Source of the DNA: Lama guanicoe
Lineage: Eukaryota
Reading direction: 5' to 3'
DNA length: 64,000 nt
Assembly (NCBI GenBank): GCA_013239625.1
Contig: MU053994.1
Location: forward strand, 1 to 64,000
Positions 10,806 to 22,775 of this stretch are shown piece after piece. Made by a program: the position numbers and the translations under genes. The notes under the pieces are model-generated. The model ran no database searches and was not told where the DNA came from. It worked only from the letters and a program-made list of their open reading frames with translations. Position 1 is the stretch's first letter; each line of letters begins with the position of its first letter.

Positions 10806-12999
10806 GTGTGGCTCTACAGCCTTACTTTTCTCTCTCTCTCTCTCTCTCTCTCCCCATCTCCCTCACGATTCACCCTCTCTCACAAACTCCATGTGTTAAG
10901 TTCTTTAGGAATCATCTCCCCGTGCAAGTAGAAGGCTGCATTCTCAGATGTGCTGTCAGGGAGGGAGGTTCTGGGGAACTCATTATGGCCATATGATACG
11001 TTCAGTTTCATTCTACAGTTCAATCTTAGAGTGACAAAGCTGATATTTTATCTCTATTTCATTCTTGGGTCTTATGTTTCAATTGGTTTTTGGCTCCAGA
11101 GGGAACAAAAAGAGCTGATTTATTTACCCCTCAACTCCAGCATAAACAGGAACAAAAAGTCTTGCATATAATTTGAAATACTTGAATGACTCTCTGGAGG
11201 CCATATAGGGCATTTCTTCTACTCTTTTGTAATGACTTCATTTTAAAAAATTCATCAAAGTGGTGATCTTAAAAGATGATGAATATTTACCAGAGTGACA
11301 GACAGAATGGAGTACCTCCCTTATTTCCTCACTGTCTTGGAGGGACAATTCTGCAGCATGATCCAACCAGTCTCTCAGAGAGTCCCTCACAGAATATAGG
11401 CCCATAGCAACAACTCTCTTATTAACAACTCCTTTACTGAATTTCCTCCCTTTCTGTCTATTTTCCCTCTGTCTGCTTCCTGGTACCACTCCAAAAATAT
11501 ATGACTTACATCCAACCCTTTTCTCAGGACCTACTTTGGGGAGAACTCAAACGAAGACACCCCACGCCTCCAATCCTATCAGACTTTCTTAAGGAAATTG
11601 GAAGAATGAGTGAGTTGGTGGGAAAATAAGAAGGAGCAGACATGGGGAGTGCAGCTGGATTACAGCAACTGTGGAGCTTTATGGTGAAAAGCCGGGAACT
11701 CTTACAGTGACTGTTTCCAGAAAGGCCTTGAATACAGAACCCCTCTCTAGTTCCAGTTCCCACAAGGCCCAGCCCCATTTCCATGAGCTCGCCTGCTGCT
11801 AGCTTAAGTATGTTTCTGTTCCTTGCAGGTTAAATAGCCTTGACTCACCCAGAAGGCCAAATAAACTTAAGCTTGCTCCAAATATGTCTCTTCAGATCAG
11901 ATTATTCTCATTCGCAATGCAGAAAGTAAGATAGCTAACCGGTTCGTCATAAATGACAGTCCTTTTTAACCATAACATTCTAAAATGTGGGAGAAGCTCC
12001 GGTCCCAACAGCAACTCATTATTAAAACATTTTGAAATTAGGAAGGTAGTCCTGGAAACATTTCTACAGAGAGCTGCTTGGTTCATTTTGTTTTATTTGA
12101 TCCTTATTAGTTTCTTATCAGGCCCTGAAGATGGGAGAGTATCTGATTTGAAGGCCCATGGTCCCATATAACTTATCCTTTCTTGAACAGCCCAGTGATC
12201 ATGGATCAAGAATGAATATTTCTTGATAAAATATTCAAGTCAAAAATTTTAAACATTATTCCAATGTAGTAAGAGGAAGGACAGGGCATAGGAGTGGGCA
12301 GCAGGCAGGACCTGCATCAGAGTGAGATTGCTCCTCGGAGGAAGCCAATCACAGCCATGTTTTTTAAGATCCCTTTTATTCAACTAATTACTTCAGCAGA
12401 GGAGAGAGCAAGGGAATTGAGTGGGGAAAGGAGGTCCCTGCAACCATAATCAGAGCTTTGGGAAATATATTCCTTGGGGAACCGTTATCATTGTCTACTT
12501 CATAAATAAGCCCAAATAGATAAAGTCAGGCTTGTTAACCAAACATCTCAGCAACCAATCAAAAAAGGGCTCAGGTCATGTAGACCATGGTTTCACCCAG
12601 CTCGTGTAATTTTGGATTTTGAGATAATGCTTTGTGAGTTCCCTTCCTGTAGAGAGATATCTACATAATGCAGCTTCCTAGGTAAGAGACAGCAGGTGCC
12701 ACCAAGGGTTGCCATGTTAGCAATGCAGACTATAGGGTTTGGCAGAAGGAGGTCTGGAGAAACAATACAAGTTGAGATCATTGGTGTGGACCCTCAGCTG
12801 CAGGGCTAAATCACACTGGCCTGCACTACAAGGAACCATACTTAACCCCAGCTCTTGCCAAGTTTTTATCTAGTCCAGGTCAGGGAGGGATTTTAGGTAC
12901 CTCCTGCTGTGCAGGCTTTCTTGATCCTCATGCTATGCTGAAAATATCCTGCTGAGAAAACCAGAAGACCCCACTTAACCGAATGTCAAAGATACTATT

Positions 13000-13722
13000 A
13001 CCAAAAGCAGATAAACCAACATCATAAGCCTCCTGACGAGATGCTCTGAGGATACAAAGCCACTTACGTAGTCCTTCTGCCAGAAGAGTCCATAAATCAA
13101 ATCTAATCAGAAGGAAACATCAGACAAACCCAAACTGAGAGACTCCTACAAAACAGCTGGCCTATATTTAAGAATATCCATGTCATTAAAGACAGAGGGT
13201 AAGAACTAGTCCATATTAAAGGAGGTTAGACCTTTCATAAGTGGACTCTAAAAAAGTGACCCAAATGAACTTATTTATAAAACAGAAACAGGGAATTATA
13301 TTCAATACCTTGTAATAGCCTATAATGAAAAAGGACATGAAAAGGAATATATATATATACGTATAACTGAATCACTATGCCGTATGCCAGAAATTTACAC
13401 AACACTGTAAACCAACTATGCCTCAAGAAATAAATAAATAAATAAGAAAAAAATAAAGGAGGTTAGAGAAACATGACAGTTAAACACAATACACAAACCT
13501 AAATTAGATCTAGGAGAAAAAAAAGAATTGCCCGAACGGCATTGTTGGGACAATTGGCAAAAATTGAATACGGACTCTATATTATATAATAAATAGTATT
13601 GTATCAATGTTAAATTTCCTGAATTTGATACTTCTACTGGTTTTGTAAGAGACTTTCCTTGTTCTTTGGATATATGAGGTGACGTTAGCGGCACCCATCT
13701 GCCTCTTCAACCTGAAGTAATT

Positions 13723-13767
<45 letters not shown>

Positions 13768-13900
13768 TATACACACGTGTACAATGCCCATGTGGAAAAA
13801 TGTTAGCAATTGATATATCTAGATAAAACGTAAAGTTAGGGAGTTATGTATACGATATATGCAATTCTTCTGTAAGTTTTAAATTATTTCTCAATACCAA
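13000..13900 (+). mobile_element. Old L1M (MC/ME-type) 3' end interrupted by a younger L1 fragment; contains (GT)n(GA)n at ~13725-13767
   Basis: aaacatcagacaaacccaaactgagagac...tgtatcaatgttaaatttcctgaatttgata typical of old L1 3' ends. Confidence 0.65.
13231..13453 (+). mobile_element. Young 5'-truncated L1 3' UTR insertion with 14-bp TSD
   Basis: taaaggaggttaga at 13217-13230 and 13454-13467; (aaat)n tail; homologous to 42640-42970. Confidence 0.85.
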
Positions 13901-15339
13901 TTTTAAAGGCCAACTTCATGATTATTACTTTACTAAAATAATATATTTTACTAAAACATAGAGAAAGTTTTTTACATACCCTAATGCCACAATAAAGTGG
14001 AAAGAGAATGGGCCGGGGTAGCCTGAGAATGCATTACTTCTAGCTCTATCAACAAACAACTGAGCATTTGGGAGAAAGTCACTAAATCACTGCAAGACTC
14101 AGTTTTCTATAAAATGAAAGAACTGGTCTAGATGATCTCTAGGATGAGCTCTTGTTTTCACACTTTGCAGGACTCCTCTTTCCACATCTTCACTTTAACA
14201 ATACCACATAATCAACTCTTTCTCGGGTATATTTATTCTTTATTGATTCCTTTAAATATAGCAGCCTTCTTCCTGAGAGCAAAGCCACAAACCAGCAACA
14301 ATGACCTGTTTCAATATAAATGTCTGGAAATGCAACTTAATGCATTTTAAAATAGAACTGCGCTAACAAGAAGTATAATTAATTCAGAGGCATTCTTACA
14401 GAGTAACTCCAGGTTTTTGTTAGAGGTTCATTTCACCAATGGAGTCAAGAGAATATAACTGAGGTATATAGAAGATCAGCACATCCGACACATTTTAATA
14501 GGGAAGATACAGTTGGTATCCCAAGTAAATAAAGAAATGACAAAATGAATAGTCTCATCAACAGATTATGACATTATCTGCTGGCAATATTAGTCTGACT
14601 CCTAGTGATGCAATATAAGCCTGACAGCCAGCTATAAGAGTAATGAATCTGAGCAAAAATTGATTGTGAAATGTTCTTGGCTTAAACCTGGAGTAACCAT
14701 CCTGCTGACCTAAGAGAAATCCATGCAGTAAATCGCTTCAGAAGGCATAAGGATCCAGAAAACTCCACTTGCAAAGGGTAAAGCATCATTTTCATTTTGA
14801 GACCTACTTTCAGATACTAAATTCAATTTTAGATGGCCTCAGCTTTTTTCCTGTCTCTAAAAGACCCAACTCACAAATTTGTCATGACTTCAGCTTCGGA
14901 AAGCTGGCAGTGGTCGTCTTTTCTCAGATGAATTCCAAGGCTCGTTCAGCTTGGTTAGTTAATTACAGTCATTATCATGAAAAATACTAGGTCACATTAG
15001 TTCCATTTTTTTGCAGAAGAGAGTAATGTGTGAATGTTTAGCCTGGTCATTTGGTATTCAGCAACTAATGCTGGCTTTTATTGCTTGGCAGTGACATTGG
15101 TAGAGGTCAACTGCAAAGCAATGAGCAGGCAGGATAGAGTAACATGTCAGGAATGTGACAACTGCATAGTGTTACGGAGTTGTTTCCTCCTTCAACACAA
15201 ATGCACTGAGCCACTGCCTCACCCACAACGCTGTCATCTTGCAAAAATGACTTCTCTGTCCCTCAAATGTTCTATCTGTTAAATGGGGATATGATTTTAT
15301 TTCTTGAAGATCAATGACTTAACTATCTCCTTAATAAAA

Positions 15340-17620
15340 CAAAGAGGTCTTACTTCAGAAGGAATTTTGAAATCTGGAAATGTAGGGCCTTCCTTTGCCC
15401 CTTCCCAAAGCTCCAAGGAAACAAAAGGAAAGGGAATTTTTTAAAGACACAAACCTCAAAGGCTAAGTAGAACAGGAGATAAGATAACAGTTTCCAAACA
15501 AACTGGATTTGGAAACTGGAAAGCAGTAGATGACCTAGAACACCTGAGAAATATGAATCCTTAACTGGCAGCAAGGGAAGCTGAGAAGGGATCCGATATA
15601 CACAGCAGCACCTTGAAAAGCTTAGGAATTGGTGACAATAGCTACCCCTGGAAGCTGAGGGTGAGGGTGGAGCTGAAAGCAGGAGTACTGGGTGAAATTC
15701 TCTTTATGAAGAATTTAGATCCCAGATCCCCTACTTCACTATGCACAGCATTTGACTGCCCTGTCCATACTCTGGCAGCACAGAGGGGTTGGTCTTTGGG
15801 GAAGATAGGACAGGAGACTTCTGGACTGGAGAACACCAGGTGTAGTTGAAGTCAGGAGTACTGTATGAAAATTAGGGGATTAAGTCAACAAGTATATCCC
15901 AAATTTGATGTGCTACTTCTCCCAGCCCTCTTCTTCCACCCAGACCCTGTTACAATGGCAGACAGACCTGTGCCTTCCAGGCAGGTTATTGGACAGGATT
16001 TCTCTGTGGATGCAGACATCAAATATTTCCCAAGGGAATATGTCAGTCATGTCGCTATATTACCATGTCACCACATTCAACAAACTCCACCTACTCCCAT
16101 AGAACTTCCAGTCAGCTTTTAAATACTTCATTCTCAAGCTTTTAAATACTTCATTCTCAAGAGTGAACTGAAGAGAGCAACCTTCTAAGGAAAGCCTCTA
16201 GCCTAAAAGACTGAAGCCAAACAAAACAAAACGGACATACAAACAGAAAGAGGACTGTGAGGCAGGGGGAGAAACTGAATTTGCAAGGAGAAGAAAATTT
16301 TAAAGAGGAGAATTCCATCCATACCCTTACAGAGCAAAGAGAAGACTGCATCCACAAAATAAGAAGAGGGTGCTAGTGAAAGGAACATTCAGAGAACCCA
16401 AAAAAAGGTATTATCGAGAAGAAAATTGTGATAGAGAAATAAAGCATTTGGCATATAAAGTTGAAGAAGTCTTCCATAAGGTAGAGCAAGAAGACAGAGA
16501 GTATGGAAGAGATAAAAAAAATTAAAGGACCAATCCAGAAGGTCCAAAAGCCAATTAATAAGAATTATACAAAAACAGAACAAATAAAATGGAGAGGAAG
16601 AAATTATTAAAGCTAGTAATAATATGTCCCATAACTGAAGGACAGGAGTTTTTAGTTTAAAGGGCCTACTAAGGCCCAGCAAAATTTATAAAAACAGATC
16701 TACACCAAGACATAGCATCACTGTTTCAGAATCCTAGGGGAAAAGAGATGATCCTACTTGCTTTCAGAGAGAGGAATAAACTGTTTCTATTCAAAAGGCC
16801 AGAAATTAGAATGACTTCAGTCCTCCCACCAATAGTCCAGTAGCTAGATCATGATGAGGAAATGTCTTTAAGATTCTGAAGGGAAATGACTCCCAAGCTA
16901 CAATTCTACTTAATTACCAATAAAGCTTCAGAGTACAATGAAAATATTTTCGTATAAGCAAAGTCCCCCGCAATTTGCTTCTTTTAAGTTCTTTCCTAGG
17001 AAACTACTAGATGAGCTTCATCAGAATGAGGGAATAAATCAAGGAAAAGGGAGGGCAGAAGTCAGGCAACAGTGGATGCAATTAAAGAAGCTACAGACAT
17101 TCACAGGCTGAAGGGTTAGGGGAGATCACAGAACGGCAGCTGTGCACCAGGAGTAGAGACCCAGCAGCTCAGGTTGGAGGTGGTCAGAAGGCTTCAGCTT
17201 TCTTATTCAACAGGAGAGAACACCTGATGTATCAAAAGTGTTAAGAGGAGATTTAGACAACTAACAGAGAGTTGGGGGTTGAGTTGGTAAAACAAATGTA
17301 GAAAATTAAGTAAACAAGCAAACATTGGCGATCATTAACTCCAGGTAAAATAAAAAGTTGTGCAAAAATAGAAAAATAGCCATACTATTGTATGGAGCTT
17401 GGTTGTGAACAGTACTTACACAGTCAATGAAAACACTTAATATTGGACTCACCATATTTATGCTATAAGTATATGAAGATGAGAGATGATGAGGACATCT
17501 GTGTGATGGGGGCTGGAAGGGTGAAAGCAAGCTAAATCTTCATCTTTAGTCATGGGAAGTCCATAGATAAGGCTGGAAACAGAAAACAAAGAAAGCGATA
17601 AGCAAGTTATTTAAAGATAT
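15340..17620 (+). mobile_element. Highly decayed old L1 5'/ORF1-like region
   Basis: A-rich purine-biased strand with ORF1-like remnants (tctacaccaagacatagcatc, agaaattagaatgacttcag, ctttaagattctgaagggaaatgac). Confidence 0.55.
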
Positions 17621-17737
17621 CAAACTAATTAGCTAAAGTAATTGAAAATTGTTGCCATTGGATGGGGAAAAGGGGAAGTGATTAGACTTTTGTACTCTGT
17701 GCAAACAGAGCTTTGCTATAAATAAAAACTCAATTAT

Positions 17738-17779
<42 letters not shown>
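17738..17779. repeat. (GAAA)n microsatellite
   Basis: About 10 consecutive GAAA units. Confidence 0.95.
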
Positions 17780-17780
<1 letters not shown>

Positions 17781-18249
17781 GAGATATTAATAAGAATAAC
17801 AACAATAAAAACATCAAATATGTTTAAATTTATGTGAGGAAAACAAATTATTGTTTTGAAAGCTATAAAATAAAGGGAGAGAACCAAGCATTTATCTTGC
17901 CTTTCCTATGCACACTGTATGTCAAAGTAACCAGTTGATGAAAGAACTTTTCTATTTTAGAAGTATTCTAGCAATAAATGAAGAAATGATAGAGCTAGAA
18001 TATTACCATTTTGTGACTGTAGTTAAGTAATTAATCTGAAACGTGATCATCAGTATTTAACTACACAAAAAGCAAGAAAATATCACAAGCTTCATACAGC
18101 CTACCTATAAGATACTGCCAAAAACTCAAATCAAGCAAAGAAAATCTCTAGAGAAATTTGAATACTGACTGACATATAAAGAAATTATTATTTAATGATG
18201 TCAATGATATTGAGGTTAGTTTTTTCTAACTGTTCTTACATTTTAGAAG

Positions 18250-18435
18250 AAGGGTTCTCAAACTTGGAAGTACATCAGCATAGCAGGAGGTTAATTAAAA
18301 TAGATTCCTGAACCCCCATCACCAGAGTTTTTGATGCGGTGGATCTTTGGTAGAGCCTGAGAATTTGCATTTCTGACTAGTTCCCAGATGATGCTGAAGC
18401 TGCTGATACGGGTTCTCACAAATTGAGAACCACTG
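18250..18435 (+). mobile_element. MER5A
   Basis: ggttctcaaactt...gagcctgagaatttgcatttctgactagttcccagatgatgctg...ttgagaaccactg. Confidence 0.85.
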
Positions 18436-18963
18436 TTCCAGAGATACATAGTGAAGTATTTACAGATGTAATTAAACAGTGTTTGATATTTTGTTTCAAA
18501 ATAATCTGGGAAGGAGAGAAAGGAGTATGTAGGGGGGTAATACACTGTAAAGATCAACCAGGAGTTGGCAATTGTGGATATTGGAAGATGAAAACATGAA
18601 GGTTCATTACTTTTCTGTTTACTTTTATATATGTTGGAAATTTTCTATATTAAAAGTTTTTTTAAAAGGAAGAAAGAAAAAAGGGTAAGAAAACAAAATG
18701 AAATAAAGCAAAACGTTTACAAGGATTTTCTTTGGGTGCTTTCAGATTTATAAAAGAATAACCATGTACTACCTTCAGTATTCAAAAAAACTATTAAAAT
18801 TAATTCATGCTTTAAAAGTGTTATTAATCTGATACATTATTAGAATGAATAAGAGAGAGTTCAGCAAGGTTTCTGGACATATGCACAAGACACAAAAATC
18901 AACTGTATTCTTACATATTAGCCATAAAGAGTTAGAAAAGGTTATTTCCCAAAAGGACTATCA

Positions 18964-19366
18964 GATTCCACATATGAGCGATCTCATATGGTATTTTTCT
19001 TTCTCTTTCTGGCTTACTTCACTTAGAATGACAAAAAACAAAACAAAACAAAACAAAACATAAATACAAAACAGAAACAGACTCATAGACATAGAATACA
19101 AACTTATGGTTGCCAAGGGGGCAGGGGTGGGAAGGGACAGACTGGGAGTTCAAAATTTGTAGATACTGTACTGNNNNNNNNNNNNNNNNNNNNNNNNNNN
19201 NNNNNNNNNNNNNNNNNNNNCACAGGAAATCAAGATCTTATGGTAGCTCACAGAGAAAAAATGTGACAATGAATATATATATGTTCATGTATAACTGAAA
19301 AATTGTGCTCTACACTGGAATTTGACACAACATTGTAAAATGATAACTCAATAAAAAATGTTTAAA
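18964..19366 (+). mobile_element. Young L1 3' UTR with 5' inversion (twin priming) and 13-bp TSD; contains N gap 19174-19220
   Basis: aaaaggactatca at 18951-18963 and 19367-19379. Bases 18964-~19033 are the reverse complement of the segment seen in sense orientation at ~43094-43163. Confidence 0.9.
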
Positions 19367-20846
19367 AAAAGGACTATCAACAGTACAAATAAACATATAA
19401 AGCTCCTTGGAAGGGATAAATCTAACAAAACTTGAGCAAAACTTTTATGCCGAAAATTTAAAAACTACCGAAAGACAATAAAGGCCAAAGTAAATGTAGA
19501 GACAAATCATATCAATGGATAAGAACACTCAGTAATTTAATGATAGCCACTCCACATGTTGATTAATAAATTCTACACAATTCCAATGAAGAGTTCAACT
19601 GCATTTTTATGAGACTTTAGAAACTGATTTTAAAATGAATGTGAAAGAACAAAGAAGCAAGAATAGCCAGGATTATTTTGAAGAAAAGAGCTAGAGGGAA
19701 GGCCTTGCTTTGTCAGATATCAAAACTTATCACAAAGCTATAGTATGTAATACATAGTGGTACTGGTTCAGAGATAGACAAGTAGACAAATGGTACTGAG
19801 TAGAAAGTTCAGAAACAGACCTCTGTGTATACTGAAACTGTATATATGAGAGAAGTGGTATAGCAATTCAGTAGGGAAAAGATAAATGGCTTAATAAATG
19901 GTGTGGGGCAATTGGTCAACAATAGATACAAAACTGAATCCATATCTCAGAGCATACACCAAAAACAATTTCAGTAGACAGTGGTATTTAAATGTAAAAG
20001 GCAAAACTTTAAAATTTTTAGAAGGAAACTAGAAGATAATGATTTAAAATTTTTTTCCTCATGATTTAAGGTAGGGAAAGTATTCTTAAAGAGACATTAA
20101 AGGTATCAACCATAACGGAAAAGATTCATAAGTTAAACTTTAAGGTTTAACTATATTCAAATGTAAAATGTCTATGCATCAAAAGATACCACAAAACAAT
20201 GACTAGACAAGACGTAGACTGTGAGAAAATTTTTATAACACATAAAACTGACAGGATTAGTTATCAGAATACATTACAGTTACTATAAATAAATATAAGA
20301 CAGACAAATAATCCAATCAAAAGTGGCCAAAATATATGAACAAGCATAGACTAGGAAAACTCATTGACCAATGAACAGAGTAATGATGCAATAACCTGGG
20401 AGATGGATATTAAAGCAACCATGAGATACCATTTTATATCCATCAGATTGACAAAAATTTTAAAGTTTGATAATACCATGGGTTGATGAGGATGTAAACC
20501 ATTTTAACCTCTCAGTTACTGCTTGCAGGGGCTATAAATTGCTTCAACTATTTTGTTTAAAATTTGACATTATCTAGTGAAATACATGACATGCCCATCT
20601 TACGACCCAGCAATTCTAATCCTAGGTATACTCCCTAAGGAAACTTTCATACATAGAAATGAGTATACATTTACAGCATTATTTTAGTAGGAAAAAGAGT
20701 AAAACAGCTCTGATATTCATCAATGCAAAATGGTTAAGTATATTGTGGTATAGCATGGGCATACACTGAAATATTATACAGCAATGAAAATTAATGAACT
20801 AGAGCCACATGTATCAATAAAGATAGATCTCAAAAATCTATGTCGA

Positions 20847-20979
20847 TGGAGGAAGGGTATAGCTCAGTGGTAGAGTGCATGCCTAGCATGCATGAAATCC
20901 TGGGTTCAATTCCCAGTACACCCATAAACAAACAAACAAACAAACCTAATTACTTCCCCCCAATAACAACAAAATTTTT
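20847..20979 (+). mobile_element. tRNA-derived SINE, camelid vic-1-like
   Basis: A box tagctcagtgg, B box ggttcaattcc, (aaac)n tract and cctaattac tail. Imperfect 14-bp TSD aaaatctatgtcga (20833-20846) / aaaacctatgttga (20980-20993). Confidence 0.85.
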
Positions 20980-22417
20980 AAAACCTATGTTGAGCAAAAA
21001 AGTAAGTAACAGAGGGTATGCACAATATGATACCATTTGTATACAGTTTATCAACATGTATACATATACATATAAATTATATATAGGGCATAAAGTATAA
21101 AGGTATGAATAAAAACAATAAATACCAAATTTATGACTGTGGTAACGCCTAGACTGGGAGGATACATAGTGTCCAATAAGGATATAGTCCTAACATCATC
21201 CAACTAAAAATAATAGTGAGAGAATGATATAAAACAATTTTCAAAGTCTCACCACTGATTACATACATGAAATATTCAGGGAACTTTAATTAAGTGATAA
21301 AGTCACCAACTGCTAGCCTGAGTAAATTGTAAAAAGCCATCACTAGCACCCTATCAAACAAAATGATGAGAGTTACTGTTTGATTATTGCTACAATAAGA
21401 AAGATGACAATTCCTCCTTGGGAAAACTCAGAGCAAAGCTGATTGCACTTTCTCTGCCAAAGGCTATTTCCATCAGTTGGCTTGAGCCATTTTAAGTATC
21501 TGTCAGGTCTTGAGCAATTTCTATATATTTCTTTGGCAACAGTTACAACATCCAAATTAGCAACTAGATGTATGAATAACCAAGCAAGATAAGAAATTGC
21601 TGTGTGCTTTTAAGCTAAGCCCCATTTGTCCAAAGGGAAAGGAAAACCCAACCTATTAACAATAATTTTCCTGTATCATAATTTAGTTGTGCTGTCATTT
21701 ATAGAGTTATATAATTTTCATATTGAGACTTCACTATAGGTCTTTGCTTTTAGAAATGAAAGAGTGTGGCAGTCTAGTAAATTATTTAATTTAATTATTT
21801 AAGTTCTGCTGTGACATATACTATGATGAACCATCCTGCCAAAGAAGGGGAAAGGATACTAAGTCCCATACTGACTTACACAAAAATAATTATTAAACAA
21901 CAGTAGAGGAATGTAGCCATTAAAATGATATTTTAAGGTACTTTTAATAAAAAATACAGCACTTTCACAGTTTTAAAAAGTCAAGACACCTGTGTAAATG
22001 CATAAAATTTATGAAAGAAATATATGAAAATGTTATATTTCCGTAGGTGCTGGGTTATGGGTTATATTTTTCAAATTTCCTACCATGAGCACATATTGCT
22101 TTTCTAAATGGAAAACTGTTTTTACTAAGAATTCAGTATTATAATGTATGTAAGTGTTTAAAGGACATACTTTCAATCCTAATTGCTGAGTTATTAACAG
22201 ACAGCGTGAATGACTGACTATTGCAATATGAAACTTCATTTGCATGTCTTAGTAATTTTTGTTTAAACATGTTAAGTGTTCTATTTCAATCAGAAGCAAT
22301 AGTTCTTCCATTTTCCAAAATCACCTCTTCAACAGATTTTTTTTCTTTTCTGAACTGTACTTTGTCGACATGTCAGAAATACCCCTTAGTCATTTGCCTG
22401 TGCATTTATAACTCACT

Positions 22418-22775
22418 GGGTAGCTCTCAATCTGTGCTGCTCATTGGAATCACCTCGGGAATTTTAAAACATTCCAATGCTCAGGCCACACCCCTGACAC
22501 ATTAAATCAGAGTTTATGTAAGTGGAATTCAGGCTTTTGGATCCAGTAGTTTGAAGAGCTTCCCAGATGACTCCAGTGTTCAGCCACTGCTGAGACTCAG
22601 TGAACTAGTCTTATTACTCAAAGTGCGGTCCATGGACCAGAAGCATCTGCATTACCTAAGAACTTTTTATAAGTACAGAATCTTAAGTCCCACTCCAAAC
22701 CTACTAAGTCAGAATCCACATTTTAACAAGATCCTTGGATTACTCATATGTGTGTTAAAGGTTAAAAGGGCTGTT
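22418..22775. mobile_element. Two adjacent MER5-type elements in inverted orientation
   Basis: ggaatcacctcgggaatt...ttcccagatgactccagtgttcagcc, then actcaaagtgcggtccatggaccag...cctactaagtcagaatccacattttaacaagatcc. Confidence 0.75.

Larger units (their letters stand above)
18830..21150 (+). mobile_element. Old L1M ORF2 3' half and 3' UTR, decayed; hosts a young L1 and a SINE
   Basis: Collinear ORF2 remnants (aaaatcaactgtattc, atagacaagtagacaaatgg, taaatggtgtggggcaattgg, gacccagcaattctaatcctaggtata) with many stops. Confidence 0.8.

Noticed and set aside
20851..20922. tRNA gene
   Set aside because: Imperfect stems, an unrelated tail and a TSD identify it as a SINE head.
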